Source: Microthyrium microscopicum | Lineage: Eukaryota | NCBI GenBank assembly: GCA_010405405.1 | Contig: MU004235.1 | Location: 1,626,538-1,690,537 of the forward strand | DNA: 64,000 bases | Direction of reading: 5' to 3' | In this document: positions 24,554 through 35,620 of the stretch, in pieces | Layout: each line of letters starts with the position of its first letter | Numbering within the stretch: position 1 is the stretch's first letter | Position numbers and translations under genes: made by a program | Notes under the pieces: generated by a model | What the model was told of the DNA's origin: nothing | Databases searched by the model: none | What the model saw: only the letters and a program-made list of their open reading frames with translations

Positions 24554-25774
24554 CTACATCATCGCACATGGATCATCACCCGTATGTGTCCACAGCTCCC
24601 ACTGATCCGTCTCCAAAACTCTTCCATAAAACATCCCCCAATCAATACTATGCTTTGGCGGAAACCCAGCCTCGCCCTCGCACTCCGCCACACAAGGATC
24701 CTCTACAAACGGACACAAACACTCATCGCAATACATATTCCGTGGCGCAGGCTCATTGGACATACTATGGAACCAACGATCCAACTGTTCCTGGCCGACA
24801 ATCAAATAGCACTCTTTGCAAATACTATGCCCCACTGGACACCGTTTGTCAGCAACCGGTTTCTTGTGACTATGAAAGCGTCTTCGCTCAGCCAATTCAC
24901 CGCAGCGCACACAGTACGTTATCTCGTGAGGATCTAGGCTAAATAGGAGGCGTTCATTCGGCCAATGATCGAATTCTCCGCCAAACATGACTTCTTGCTC
25001 GAGGACATTCGTGTTCAAACTCAGCACATGATTCAACGCGAGCGAGGCGTGTACGATTATGGCAGTGCGGACATCTGTGGGCACTTCGTGCTGGTCTAAG
25101 GGCTCCATGGTGACGGTGCCCCAGAACCTGGCGCCCAGTATACCAGCGGGCAGGTTATCTGCGCGGTTGGGGGAGAGGATGAAGCTACGCGGGTGTTGCG
25201 TGGCAGGGCCGTCGGATTCCTCGAAACGTTGCCAATCTAGCCAGTTCTCTGACTCTGGGTCATCGTCCAGCTCGGTCGCATCCATAATTCCAGTTCTCAG
25301 TCTTCCCAACGGAATACCATACCGTCGTGCCCGTTCGATTTGAGCGGTTTGGACTTGTGCTGCCTCATACTCGAACCAGTCTATGAGTTGGCGCTTGAAT
25401 TTCTGGTAGTAGGCCCAGTGTGCCGTCAATTCATCAGTGATCCAGTCCCATTCAAGGAGCCAGTCTTCGTCTTCAGAATTGCCGTTGCCCAGATAGCAGG
25501 GCTGCTTGCTTTCATGGAGGATTGTGCCCCATAGAATGGCTTTAGTGATTTTTCGCTTGTGGATTATATGGTAAGCGAGCTCACAGAAGGCTTGACGCGC
25601 AGCATCACAGTCGTCACAGGGCATTTCATTTCGGTCTAGGCCATGCTTGGGCCATGGTGGTGGATTTCTAGGGGTTATGGCGGGATACACGGGGGCCTTG
25701 ATGGGTGTTGCGGGACGTGCGGGACGTGCGGGACGTCTATATGGGTGATTTCTGCCTTCAGCTCGTCGAGACAT
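24554..25774 (-). CDS. Orphan protein with C-terminal RING-like Cys/His cluster
   Basis: 406-aa single ORF; CVRC..CPVGHSICKEC..CDECLC; N-terminal RPA repeats and a CDDC..C..H cluster. Confidence 0.65.
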   Translation of the reverse strand: MSRRAEGRNHPYRRPARPARPATPIKAPVYPAITPRNPPPWPKHGLDRNEMPCDDCDAARQAFCELAYHIIHKRKITKAILWGTILHESKQPCYLGNGNSEDEDWLLEWDWITDELTAHWAYYQKFKRQLIDWFEYEAAQVQTAQIERARRYGIPLGRLRTGIMDATELDDDPESENWLDWQRFEESDGPATQHPRSFILSPNRADNLPAGILGARFWGTVTMEPLDQHEVPTDVRTAIIVHASLALNHVLSLNTNVLEQEVMFGGEFDHWPNERLLFSLDPHEITYCVRCGELAERRRFHSHKKPVADKRCPVGHSICKECYLIVGQEQLDRWFHSMSNEPAPRNMYCDECLCPFVEDPCVAECEGEAGFPPKHSIDWGMFYGRVLETDQWELWTHTGDDPCAMM

Positions 25775-28700
25775 GATTATTTCACAGGACTTGCCTAGAT
25801 TGGTTTCTTTGTTTGTTAACTTACTCTGCAGCTGATATTGCGATCTTGTTTTCGAAAATGCTATGGGAAATTTCTCGAGATTCTCGAGGCATGGAATAGG
25901 TTAAATACTGCAAGGACAGTACTCTTTGTCATCGGCTAATGACAATGAGGATGGTATTCTAGAAAGTCTTTGTAAACTCGGCTCGCTTCAATGGAAGAAG
26001 CCAAAGTTGAAAGAGACTGCATTATTGAAACAAAAGGTATAAAGCATTCTCGCGACGCTTTCTTTGTTCTGGCCCCAAAGTTTCTGTTCGTCGCTCTGAT
26101 TTGCAGTCTTCGAAATCGAAAGTAGTTCGTCATTTCAAGGCACTTTGAGATTCGGGTCCAGTAAGCAACGCTGGATCTCGAAGGGGTAGAGCTTTTGATT
26201 CTCTAGTGCAAGAAAGCGTTAAGGTAATCCGGCGCAAGTTTCTACTTCCGAGCTCTTTCCATGGGGTCTAATTCAGTAGCAAGAAAATGCCGCGTGGTTC
26301 ATTGTCGATCGAGATAGCATCGGGTCAATTCCACTAGACTCAGCGTGCTCGAGAGCATAGCTCAAAGTACCAATCAAGATATCAGTCAATGGCGTCTGCG
26401 GATCGGAGAATGATTGAAAGCATAGCAAAACAACCAGGGCATTGAAAAATGTTTGTTTGTAACCATTTCCGCTTCGTTTACCCATTCGAACAGAACCTGT
26501 TGATGAAAATGCAGGAGAAACGAACAAGACACGAAAGCCCTAAAAGATCAAGAAACGAAAAGTGAAGAGACCAGGGACGATATTTCACTTGAGGGTGGGA
26601 AAGCAAAGAGTTTTGTTTGAAAGGATGAACAAACGGTGGCTAAACGGAACTCTGACTGGGAGCGTTGGTTGTTCGAAACAACAAGCATAGGTAGCGATCA
26701 GAGAATGGACTTGTAGATTCCCGGGGCTCCTTGTACGGCTCCACTGTGTTTGGTAGCATTCTAGAACAAGGCGGGGAAGCACCAGTCAAGGAATAGAGGG
26801 TTGGTTGGATGTTCAGGGAGATCAGGGTAGATATTCTCGACCTGGCTGGTCTTTCGCTTGTTTGGAGCAAGCGCCAACCGCTCTGTAGGAGATGATAATT
26901 TGGATGCAATAATAGTCGGCGCTTCTGCTAGCCATACATCGGGAAGAGACGCGTCCGTATTACCAACAGCAGATGGAAGAAGGTTGCCTTGTTGGATTGC
27001 GAATACATACGCAGCTACGTGGTCGGAATATAGACAGCCGTCGATGGATGGGTTCTAGTTGGTATGATACGGTAATCAGACACTTTAAAGAGTCAGAAAA
27101 GATGCAGGCAGGCAGCAGGTGCATAAAGAAGAGTATGTACAGGTAGATGGTGGAGTTGCTCCGAGATGGAGCTGGGGGTCGTAAGGGTCAAGGGAGCCCT
27201 GGATTGGATCGACATGGCGCTGTTTGGCTGCCACGCGCCACTAGTCTCCAGCCAATCAGAGCTCTTTGGCCAACCTCACTTGAATCGTCTCGAATTTTCT
27301 GTACCTCCCCACCAACCACATCTCCATCTCGACTCTTCTGAAACGCTGCATGTCCGGCTCTGTTGGCTTGGTTCTTGTCGCCCGTCTGCGCGGTTCTCAT
27401 TGTTCCTGGCCCGTCGCACTACCGGCCCACCTTCTTTGCGGTCCGCGGATATCGTTTACGGCTCCGTCCTCAACAAAGAACAAAGAACCTTACCAACACG
27501 CCCAACACTCCCAACACGGAGTAACTATCAAGGATCGCAGCTGGATCAGGCAGATCATACAGTGATTGCGCAGAGAATTAACTCGACTACTCTGCCATGT
27601 ACGCGACAGCGCATGATGGGCCTTCTGATGCATCTCATGACCTTGAAGAATCCGACATTCGCAATGTGCCGTACCTACAAATTCACAACTCTCTAGAGGC
27701 ATACGAATCCAAAGTAGTCGTAATTAACCATGTTTTGTGAGAAAAATAGACCACCAACCCCATGTCGTCTTCCCAAAAAAGCGGCTATGGCTTGCTCCAT
27801 CCTGCGGCTCGACTGTCACTCTCCATCCAGTCGGAAGATAATCGTGGTCTTTGCGCAAGACAAGCTTTCTCATCTTGCTGCACTTGAGCCCGTTGGCACC
27901 CCTGCTCCCTACGTTTCGCACGCATTAGCGCTGTAGTTACTGATTGGCTCTATGCTATTTCCATCCTCCGCCTTCTTTTGACACAATGTTGGGTATCATG
28001 TCTGTGCAAACGCTATGCTCTTGTCGTTTCGTTAGTGTTCTGCTGTTTTCAACTTCCGTTTTGCAGCGTTTACTGTCAAGTGAGTAGGCCAGGACATGAA
28101 ATGGCCAGGCCAGAGATAAAGACCTGGTGGTCTACCACCTTTTCGGCTTAGCAACCGTTCCACCAAGACTGTTCATCGACTGTCTATCACCAGTATACTG
28201 GATCTTCAATAATTTTCCCTTTATTCTAACTTCAATTCTCAAATCTGGCAGAGCCAGCTGGCACTTCACACTACCATCGCCAGGCGCGTGATTGATACTC
28301 ACTTTTCCAAAAACCAACACCAAACCAACACAACAACTATTTTCAGAACAAGACACTGCATAACCAAACCGTGGACAACAATCCTCCAACAGGCTATCAA
28401 GAGTCATTCAATTGACTTTGTATCCTACGGCTTCAACCTTAAGACCCTTTCCAATCCTGGCATGTCACACCGATAAAGAACAAGTACTCCCAACTACATC
28501 TTGTTCCCTGACTCCAACATCACTCCCAGGATTCTTACTCCCAGGATTTATCACTCCCAGTCAATACCACACCCGTGGTCTCATTGTCCATTGTTCACTC
28601 AGTCTCGCTCAGCTGGACTGACCTTTTGATTTTCTTCTTTGTTATTCTTTGTCATTGGGGAACAACACATTGTTCTGGTAACACTCAAAGTCATTGTCAC

Positions 28701-28925
28701 TCCTTAAACACCATACACCAATACACTTATAACACCCAGGATTTTTATCCGGATTGCTCTACTATTTCAGCCTTCAAACCTATTCGCATTCCCTGCTTCG
28801 TCTAACACTCTATCACGAATCAAGCAGCGCACGATCTTCAAGTCTGATCTAAGGACCAGTTTGCGAATATCATCACTTTGTATTTCTACAAAACAATCAT
28901 CTTGCTGGCCAAGTTCTTTGTTACG

Positions 28926-30386
28926 ATGAGTCCAATCGCTGTACTCCTCAGCGCTTTTCTTGGCCTTGCATCTTCGGTTTCTGCTCATACTTGGGCCGAA
29001 CAACTCTACGTCATTGGTGACGATGGCAACTATACTGGAGCTCCAGGCTATTCAAGATTTTTCCAACCTCGCAGTGCAGATACTTCCCTGATGACAACCA
29101 AACTGGTTCCCAATCCTCTAATTGTGGATCAAAGCAAGGCTCCACCTTTAGTTCAAAACAACATTGCCGTTTGCTCATCCGGCCAGTCGACACCTGGACA
29201 AGTATCTCCCCAGTGGCCCTCACTCATCGCCCAGCCAGGAGACTATGTTGCGATGCGATACACAGAGAATGGACATGTTACCGCCCCTCTCCCTGCTGAT
29301 AGGCCGCCGGGCGCTGGTCTCGTCTTCGTTTACGCAACAACAAACAACACCAACAACCCGCTATTCTACGACATTGTCCTCTGGACGGCTAACAACACTC
29401 TCGAACAAGGTCGCCTTTTGGCTATCAATAACTATGATGATCTACGTTGCTATCAACTACCTGCTCGCGGCCTTGCAGCAGGGCGTGACAAAATCACACC
29501 AGCCTCGGGCGTATCCGATGTTGCCTGCGAAACCAATTTCCAGGTCCCCAAGGATGCAACGGCAGGTACCAACCTTACCCTCTTCTGGGTCTGGCAATGG
29601 CCACAAATCGTAAGCCCAACCGCAGGGCAGGATGAAATTTATACTACCTGCCTGGACATGACTGTTGGCTCCAGCAGCCAAGTCACAGCCAATAAGGCAG
29701 CCACTGCAAGTCTAGATGGTAGTAAATACATTATGGGCGTTCCAGGTTTCATGAAGGCCGTCAGCAATTACAAGGAGCGTGCCGCCAACCTGACACTTCC
29801 TCCACAAGCTAACTACTACTCACCTCTGAATCCTCATGGCCTCAACAAAAACCCTAGCCCAGCACCTCTAGGAACTCCTTTGGTACCACACCCAGGGGCA
29901 ATACTGCCACAGAATCCAAAGGCAGCAGCACCAGCAGGAATACCATTTCCAGGATCATCAGCACCAGCGGTTCCAGCCGGCGCCTCATCTGCCGTGGCCT
30001 CTATTCCCACCTCCGCCGTCGTCCCTGTCCCATCTGTGCCCGTACCATCTGTACCCGTTTCATCTGCTCCAGCAGCAGCTCCAGCAGCAGGATCTGCCGC
30101 CGCTCCCCAATATGTCACCGTCACAGTCACACTCACCGCAACACCCTCCCAATGCATCGGCAAGAACCCCATCGCGAGTTTCGCAAGCCAAGGCTTCGGA
30201 GGCTCTGTCTACCCATCCAACATCCCCACCAACTTTCCCACCAATTTCCCATCCAGCGCTCCCAAAGGTCTTCCCGGTTCCGGCGCCCACGGCTTCACCC
30301 AGGCGATCCCAGCAGCAGTGGCAACGCACGCCGCAGGACAAAAAGAGAAGCGCCGGCATGTCAGGTTCTTTGGACGCCATGTGTAG
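28926..30386 (+). CDS. Secreted protein with N-terminal His (LPMO-like; DUF7492-like by recall) and Pro/Ala/Ser-rich tail
   Basis: MSPIAVLLSAFLGLASSVSA|HTWAEQL; YTENGHV; TLFWVWQWP; EIYTTCLD; ends KEKRRHVRFFGRHV. Confidence 0.8.
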   Translation: MSPIAVLLSAFLGLASSVSAHTWAEQLYVIGDDGNYTGAPGYSRFFQPRSADTSLMTTKLVPNPLIVDQSKAPPLVQNNIAVCSSGQSTPGQVSPQWPSLIAQPGDYVAMRYTENGHVTAPLPADRPPGAGLVFVYATTNNTNNPLFYDIVLWTANNTLEQGRLLAINNYDDLRCYQLPARGLAAGRDKITPASGVSDVACETNFQVPKDATAGTNLTLFWVWQWPQIVSPTAGQDEIYTTCLDMTVGSSSQVTANKAATASLDGSKYIMGVPGFMKAVSNYKERAANLTLPPQANYYSPLNPHGLNKNPSPAPLGTPLVPHPGAILPQNPKAAAPAGIPFPGSSAPAVPAGASSAVASIPTSAVVPVPSVPVPSVPVSSAPAAAPAAGSAAAPQYVTVTVTLTATPSQCIGKNPIASFASQGFGGSVYPSNIPTNFPTNFPSSAPKGLPGSGAHGFTQAIPAAVATHAAGQKEKRRHVRFFGRHV

Positions 30387-30722
30387 ATGGTGAGCTTGGG
30401 TGAGTGATGAAGGCTCTACCGCATTGTACACTATTCGATGAAGCGATGGGTTTGATAATGTACGGATGGCTTGTATGTCAGCACTGAGGGTTTAGCGTCG
30501 GAGTGTGGATGTTGAGGCGATGTGGTGGACGATTTCTTATCTGTTTCTTGTCTGTTCAGAATTTGCTCGTAATTCAATACCCCCATAGACCAGGATGGCG
30601 TTTGTGTTTGGTTTGGGATGGGATGGTACGTTGATTTTTTGTTAATAATATATGATTTTCTTTGATACTGATCCATTTCTGCGCCTTATTGTGTGTGATA
30701 TGTGCGAGAAAATGTCTTTATT

Positions 30723-30825
30723 GCCTAAAATGCCTCTATTCCCTAAAGTGCATTGTTTCCCGTCAAGTGATTTGTCTCCCATCGAATGCGCTCTTTCCCA
30801 TCAAGTGCTTTCGCGCCCATCGTGA
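30723..30825. repeat. Degenerate tandem array of a ~19-bp unit (consensus CCCATCGAGTGCGCTCTTT), cluster A
   Basis: Units start at 30723, 30741, 30759, 30778, 30797 and 30816. Confidence 0.7.
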
Positions 30826-31638
30826 CTGTCGTGCTATCGCAGTGAGCTCGTTGGGAACTCAGTGATTACGGTCTCACTTCTACCTCCTTTCACTTCATTT
30901 CCTCAATTGCGGTCATGATATTTGTCGCTGACTGTTCCATTTTCACTGTTTTTGGCTGGGGAGTAGGCACTTAGTGTTCGTCATTGGGTTCCACTGGTAA
31001 ACAGTCGTTGTCGTGGTTTGCACGATTTCGGTAAATAATTTCAGTCATTGTTTAACAAAGTTTACAAAGATTTAGGGAGTAAGATAGAGTCTGCGAAAGT
31101 TTGGCTGAAAGTCATCTTTTCTTTCCAAAAAATAGCCCCCGACTTGGTGATAGAATCCTAAGGTTTTCAAATATATATACTCCCATATCTCTATACATGA
31201 AATCTCGTAGCCGCTCAACATGCACCAGATAGTCCTGGGGCCAAGCCGAGCTCAGAAAAAGGCTCAGATTTTGTTGGACAGAAAAATCTACTATACAATT
31301 CAGGATATTCGATGGCGGGAAATCTTCTCGAACCATAAAATCCGGCGAGCTTTTAATTCAACTGATACCTCTTTGGGCAAGATAGGCCTCCTAGTACTAG
31401 CCGTAGAATTCGATGCTGGAGACATTGGTTTGGGAAATCGCCTGGTGAAAGTTGTCGCGAGAGATACCATGTCATGGCTGAGATGGGGTATCATTTAGAG
31501 TAAGAATGTTCAGCTTTTGATATCCGGACTTGAAAATTTGTTCAGTTTTCAGGCCATATTCAGGCTACCTTCCTCGGATCCCAACGGGCGACCGAAAGTT
31601 GCACAAAGAATTGGATTTCGTTCGGTAAGTGGGTTTTC

Positions 31639-31707
31639 CTAATCGAGTGCGTTGTCTCCCATCGAGTGCGCTCTTTCCCAACGAGTGCTTTATGTACCAT
31701 TAGATGC
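31639..31707. repeat. Same ~19-bp unit, cluster B
   Basis: Units at 31639, 31658, 31677 and 31696; 31639-31691 closely matches 30759-30811. Confidence 0.75.
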
Positions 31708-32475
31708 GGTCAAATTTTGGCGTATACTGCTTGGCCTAACTTTAGGGCAGAATGATGGGGCCAATATGCCGAAGATATGCGCTTTTCTTCACTCATTGAC
31801 CAGATAGTGTAAAAAAATGGTGAGGCGTTGCGCTATATGTACTGAAAATATTGAATGGTTTGAAAGGAGCAAGCAATATTAACAGTCCCTATGATATATA
31901 AAGATACCTCAATTGTGAAATCAGGTTAGAATGACTTGTTAACCAACATGGACTGTTAGCAATCAATACATGGACGCTCCAAGAATATATATTAATAGCC
32001 ATTGTATCAATCTCTCAAGTCTTCCCCGCCAGTCTTCTGTGAGCAATATTGCTACTATGTCTCTTGTTGCTACAGCTCGGATGTTCGTCTTCAGGCATTG
32101 GGCTTCGCAAAGTTTTGGAGAATCTGCGAATGCTCTAGGTGTTGGTTCACCGGTAGATAGCTCTACGGGGATTAGATCAATGAGCTCGGCGGCCATCTGA
32201 GGAGTGAGCCAATGGTCCGGATGGGCAGAAACGAGAGGTTTAAAATCGTGAAGGATACCTTAATAGCCCATTTGCAGGATATCGTGACCTTGTCAAGTCG
32301 TGGCGTGATGAACCTGGAATTCCTCAGTGCATGTACCGGTACTTGAGGCGGCGACCTCTGTTATTTTGCACTCAAACCATTTGACGCTTTAACATGCCCC
32401 ATTACCTCTATCATTTTCTAGACCAAAATTTCGAATATCTTTCAACAACCTTGTTCAAAGACGCACAAATTCACA

Positions 32476-33379
32476 ATGACAGTAACACTAGGGAAGCGGA
32501 AGCGCACACAGCCGAAAAGTACAATTAAATCTACCAAAAGCACCGATTCTGACGACGAATCGCAACACGTCCAAGACGTCTTTCGCAAACACTTCGAAGC
32601 GCAATTCAAACCACTCCCCACCGAAGAAAACACCGCCCAGTCTCAAGAAGATCTAAGATCCGATGCCTCTAGCGACTCCGACTCATGGTCCGGATTCTCC
32701 GAGGACGAAAACACCATCGAAGTAGTCGAGCACACGAACGATCGTCCAGCGCGATCGGACGTTCTCGACAAGCATGAGTTGAAAGCCTTCCTAGTATTTC
32801 TCCCACCACCCCCATTTCTTCCACTGTACAAACTAATTCCCCAACTAGTCCTCCAAACCGCCTCCCTCCAGCACAACCAATACCACGAAACCCTTCAAGT
32901 CCATAGCACCAACACCACCTGCAGACGACGAAGACTCCACTGCCAACCTAAAAAACGACCTCGCCCTCCAACGCCTCCTCTCAGAATCACACCTCCTAAC
33001 CAACACATCCTCCACCCCCTTACAAGCTTCCGGAAAAGCGCGCCTAAAAGCCCTAGATCTGCGCTTCCAATCCCTCGGATCCAAGGAATCTCTTTACAAA
33101 CAGAAGATGCCGATGGTGGCGCGCAAGGGCATGGTGAAGAAAGCTGCTGAGCGGGAATATAAGAGAAGGAGTGAGGCGAAGGAGGCGGGGATTGTGTTGG
33201 AGAGGGTTGTGAAGAAGAAGCCACTGGGTGGTATGTTGGGTGGTAAGAAGAAGGATAAGGGTGTCGGTGGGCCAGGCGTTGGCAAGTTCAGAGGGGGCAC
33301 ATTGAGCTTGAGTAGGCAAGATGTGGCGGATATACAGGGGATGAAGGGACATGGGCCTTTTCAGAAGAAGAGGCGGTGA
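32476..33379 (+). CDS. FAF1: Faf1-like nucleolar pre-rRNA processing protein, 2 exons
   Basis: Intron 32794-32848 joins FRKHFEAQFKPL to NLKNDLALQRLLSESHLL, KMPMVARKGM and GPGVGKFRGGTLSLS. Confidence 0.8.
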
Positions 33380-33483
33380 TGGCTATGAATGGTTGAATGA
33401 TGAAACGATGAATGAGACGAATGATACGATAATCGAATTGTGGGTATGATATTGCGCTATATCAGTTATGTACGTGAGGGTCA

Positions 33484-34570
33484 TCAGTCTACACCGGGAG
33501 CACCTAGAGCTGGAGTTCCCGGTCCCTTTCCGCCCTTCTTTGCTGCTCCTCCACCACCTCGGCCACCCATGAGCATGCTTCCCATCATGTCGAAGAGCGG
33601 GTTTGATTGCGATGGTACCTTGATACCAAAGTACATCTGTCCAATTTCATTCAAGGCTTCATTCCAAGCCGGTACATCTTTCAAGTGGACCTGGAAATGG
33701 CTCCTCAATTGCCGGTATAGGTCCGCGCTTCCTCGCTGAACAGCTAGGAGAAGCAGGCCCAGAAAGTTTAGTAGTGGTATGCTGGGATAGACGCGCAAAT
33801 CTGAGAGTTTGCTGCTGACTTCCTGTACACCCAAGTTTTGACTACTTTGGCCCAATTTGCTGGTGAAGAGGAGGAGGGATTTATTGGCGGCGCGTAGATT
33901 GCCGGTCAGTAGGTATGGGAGTATGGCGCGGGCGGCGTAAAGCGGTGCGGTGTGGGAATCGTCTTCGAGGTACCAGTCGTATTCGAGTTTGACTAGGATT
34001 TCAGGTGAATCTTGCGTGCCGAGAATTAAGTGCTTTTCTGCCTCGTATGGCTCATCCTCTACAACTTCATATTAGCGCATTATGTCAAGACTCGAGAACT
34101 CAACGTACCAGAAGCATAAAGTGATCCTGCGACGTGATGAAGTTCCGGGTCCCCTGCTGGAAACTCGCCGTGCTTTGCAGACCATGCAATCATCTCATTA
34201 ACAAATCTCTTTCGCGTTACTTCGCCACTTGGAAACGCTCTGACTAACGACAAGAGTCGCGCTTTGCTTTGCGCGTCTGGTGTGGTTTCTGCCTTTCCGT
34301 ATGTATCGAGCAGCAGAAGACAGAGGTCACCTCCCGATCCGCCTTGACCTGCTTCTAGGAGAGCCTTGGCCCCGGACGAGAGAATGTCAATGGCAGCATC
34401 GAAATTATCTTGTTTTATGTAGCGCGCGGAGATGACGCGGAGTTGCTGGTGGGCTTCGTAAAAGTCGCCGTCTTTTATTCTGTGTTAAGTTAGCAGTAGT
34501 TGGAGTATCTAAGAGGCTTATTTTGGTACCGTTGTTGCTGGCGGGCGATGGTCTTTTCGATTTTAGACAT
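33484..34570 (-). CDS. GET4: Golgi-to-ER traffic protein 4, 3 exons
   Basis: MSKIEKTIARQQQRIKDGDFYEAHQQLRVI, HGEFPAGDPELHH, PLLNFLGLLL, IGQMYFGI; introns 34480-34529 and 34059-34108. Confidence 0.92.
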
Positions 34571-34719
34571 GGTAACTTAGCACGTCTTGAAAGGGGGAAA
34601 TGCGGAAGTGGAAAACAACTGAGAACTTGATACGGTTGGGTTGAAGGCGGAACACAGCTTGCATGACGTTGGGAGGTTCGATGTGGTGGGCAACCAGGTG
34701 ACAAAATAAATGGCGCGTT

Positions 34720-35175
34720 CCCATCGAGTTTGATGTCTCCCATCGCACCTCTTAAACAAAAGCTACTTTAATTCCCACCGCATTCGATGGGGAATCGAGT
34801 ATTTATTACACGCATTGAATAGGAATAAAATACCTCGGATTCTCATACTTGGTAGGAGCGTGCCACTTATTTCGTAGCCCAGTTGGTGGGGATTCTGGGA
34901 AATGGAAGTCCCTCCAACATGGATTTCAAGTCCAACTTCATCTCTTACGGAGTCTTCACTGCTGCTCTCCTCTCCCCTACTCTCCATCCTCACTTCGACA
35001 TACTCGTCTGCATTTAAAAGGACTAAATATTTGGAAAATTGGCGTGTTCCCAACAGCTTTAATGGCTACTCGCTGCTAGTTACCCATTGACTCGGCATTA
35101 TCCTTGCAATCGAGTCGATTTCCCCATCGAGTGCTTTTCTTCCCACCAAGTGCATTCTTTCTTATCAAGTACTCA
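34720..35175. repeat. ~19-bp unit clusters C and D, including a 19-bp inverted repeat pair
   Basis: Direct units at 34720, 34739, 35122 and 35141; GCATTCGATGGGGAATCGA (34780-34798) is the reverse complement of 35115-35133 with one mismatch. Confidence 0.65.
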
Positions 35176-35620
35176 TTGAATACTCAAAATATAGACCAAA
35201 TAATCGAAAACAATGGGGAACGCAATGGAATCTCTTACATACGGACACCCATATCGCCAATGAGCTCCACGCGTGTTCGGCAGGAAGCCTTGATGCTGCA
35301 GTGTTATATTGCCAATCTGAAGTGAAGCAAACACATAAGTACTGAATAAAGATTCCCGCGCTGGCCCTCGAGCTCATGCACAAGCTAACCTACTAATATA
35401 ATACAATGTAATAACTGATGTGGAGTAGTTTTGTCGTTGTGCCAACGCTTTCTTAACCCCGAACACGACGGCCTCGGAGCAGAACCCTACAAAAGATCGA
35501 GCTCCCTGTAGTTTCAATTATTCTGTTCCAAACTCCGAAGACTCTCATAGCACCAATTTTCTTTCAAGGTTCCCAAGATGTCTCTACATCGCCACCCATC
35601 TCGTCGGTGATAGTGGCATA

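Noticed and set aside
26000..28800. Several 60-176 aa ORFs between the RING-like and His1 genes
   Set aside because: No motifs or coherent splice structure; probably divergent promoter and UTR sequence
30723..31707. Repeat clusters as a CRISPR-like array
   Set aside because: The units are contiguous and degenerate with no unique spacers, the context is eukaryotic, and there are no cas genes
31963..32196. 77-aa minus-strand ORF divergent from FAF1
   Set aside because: Short, with no recognisable domain or other support
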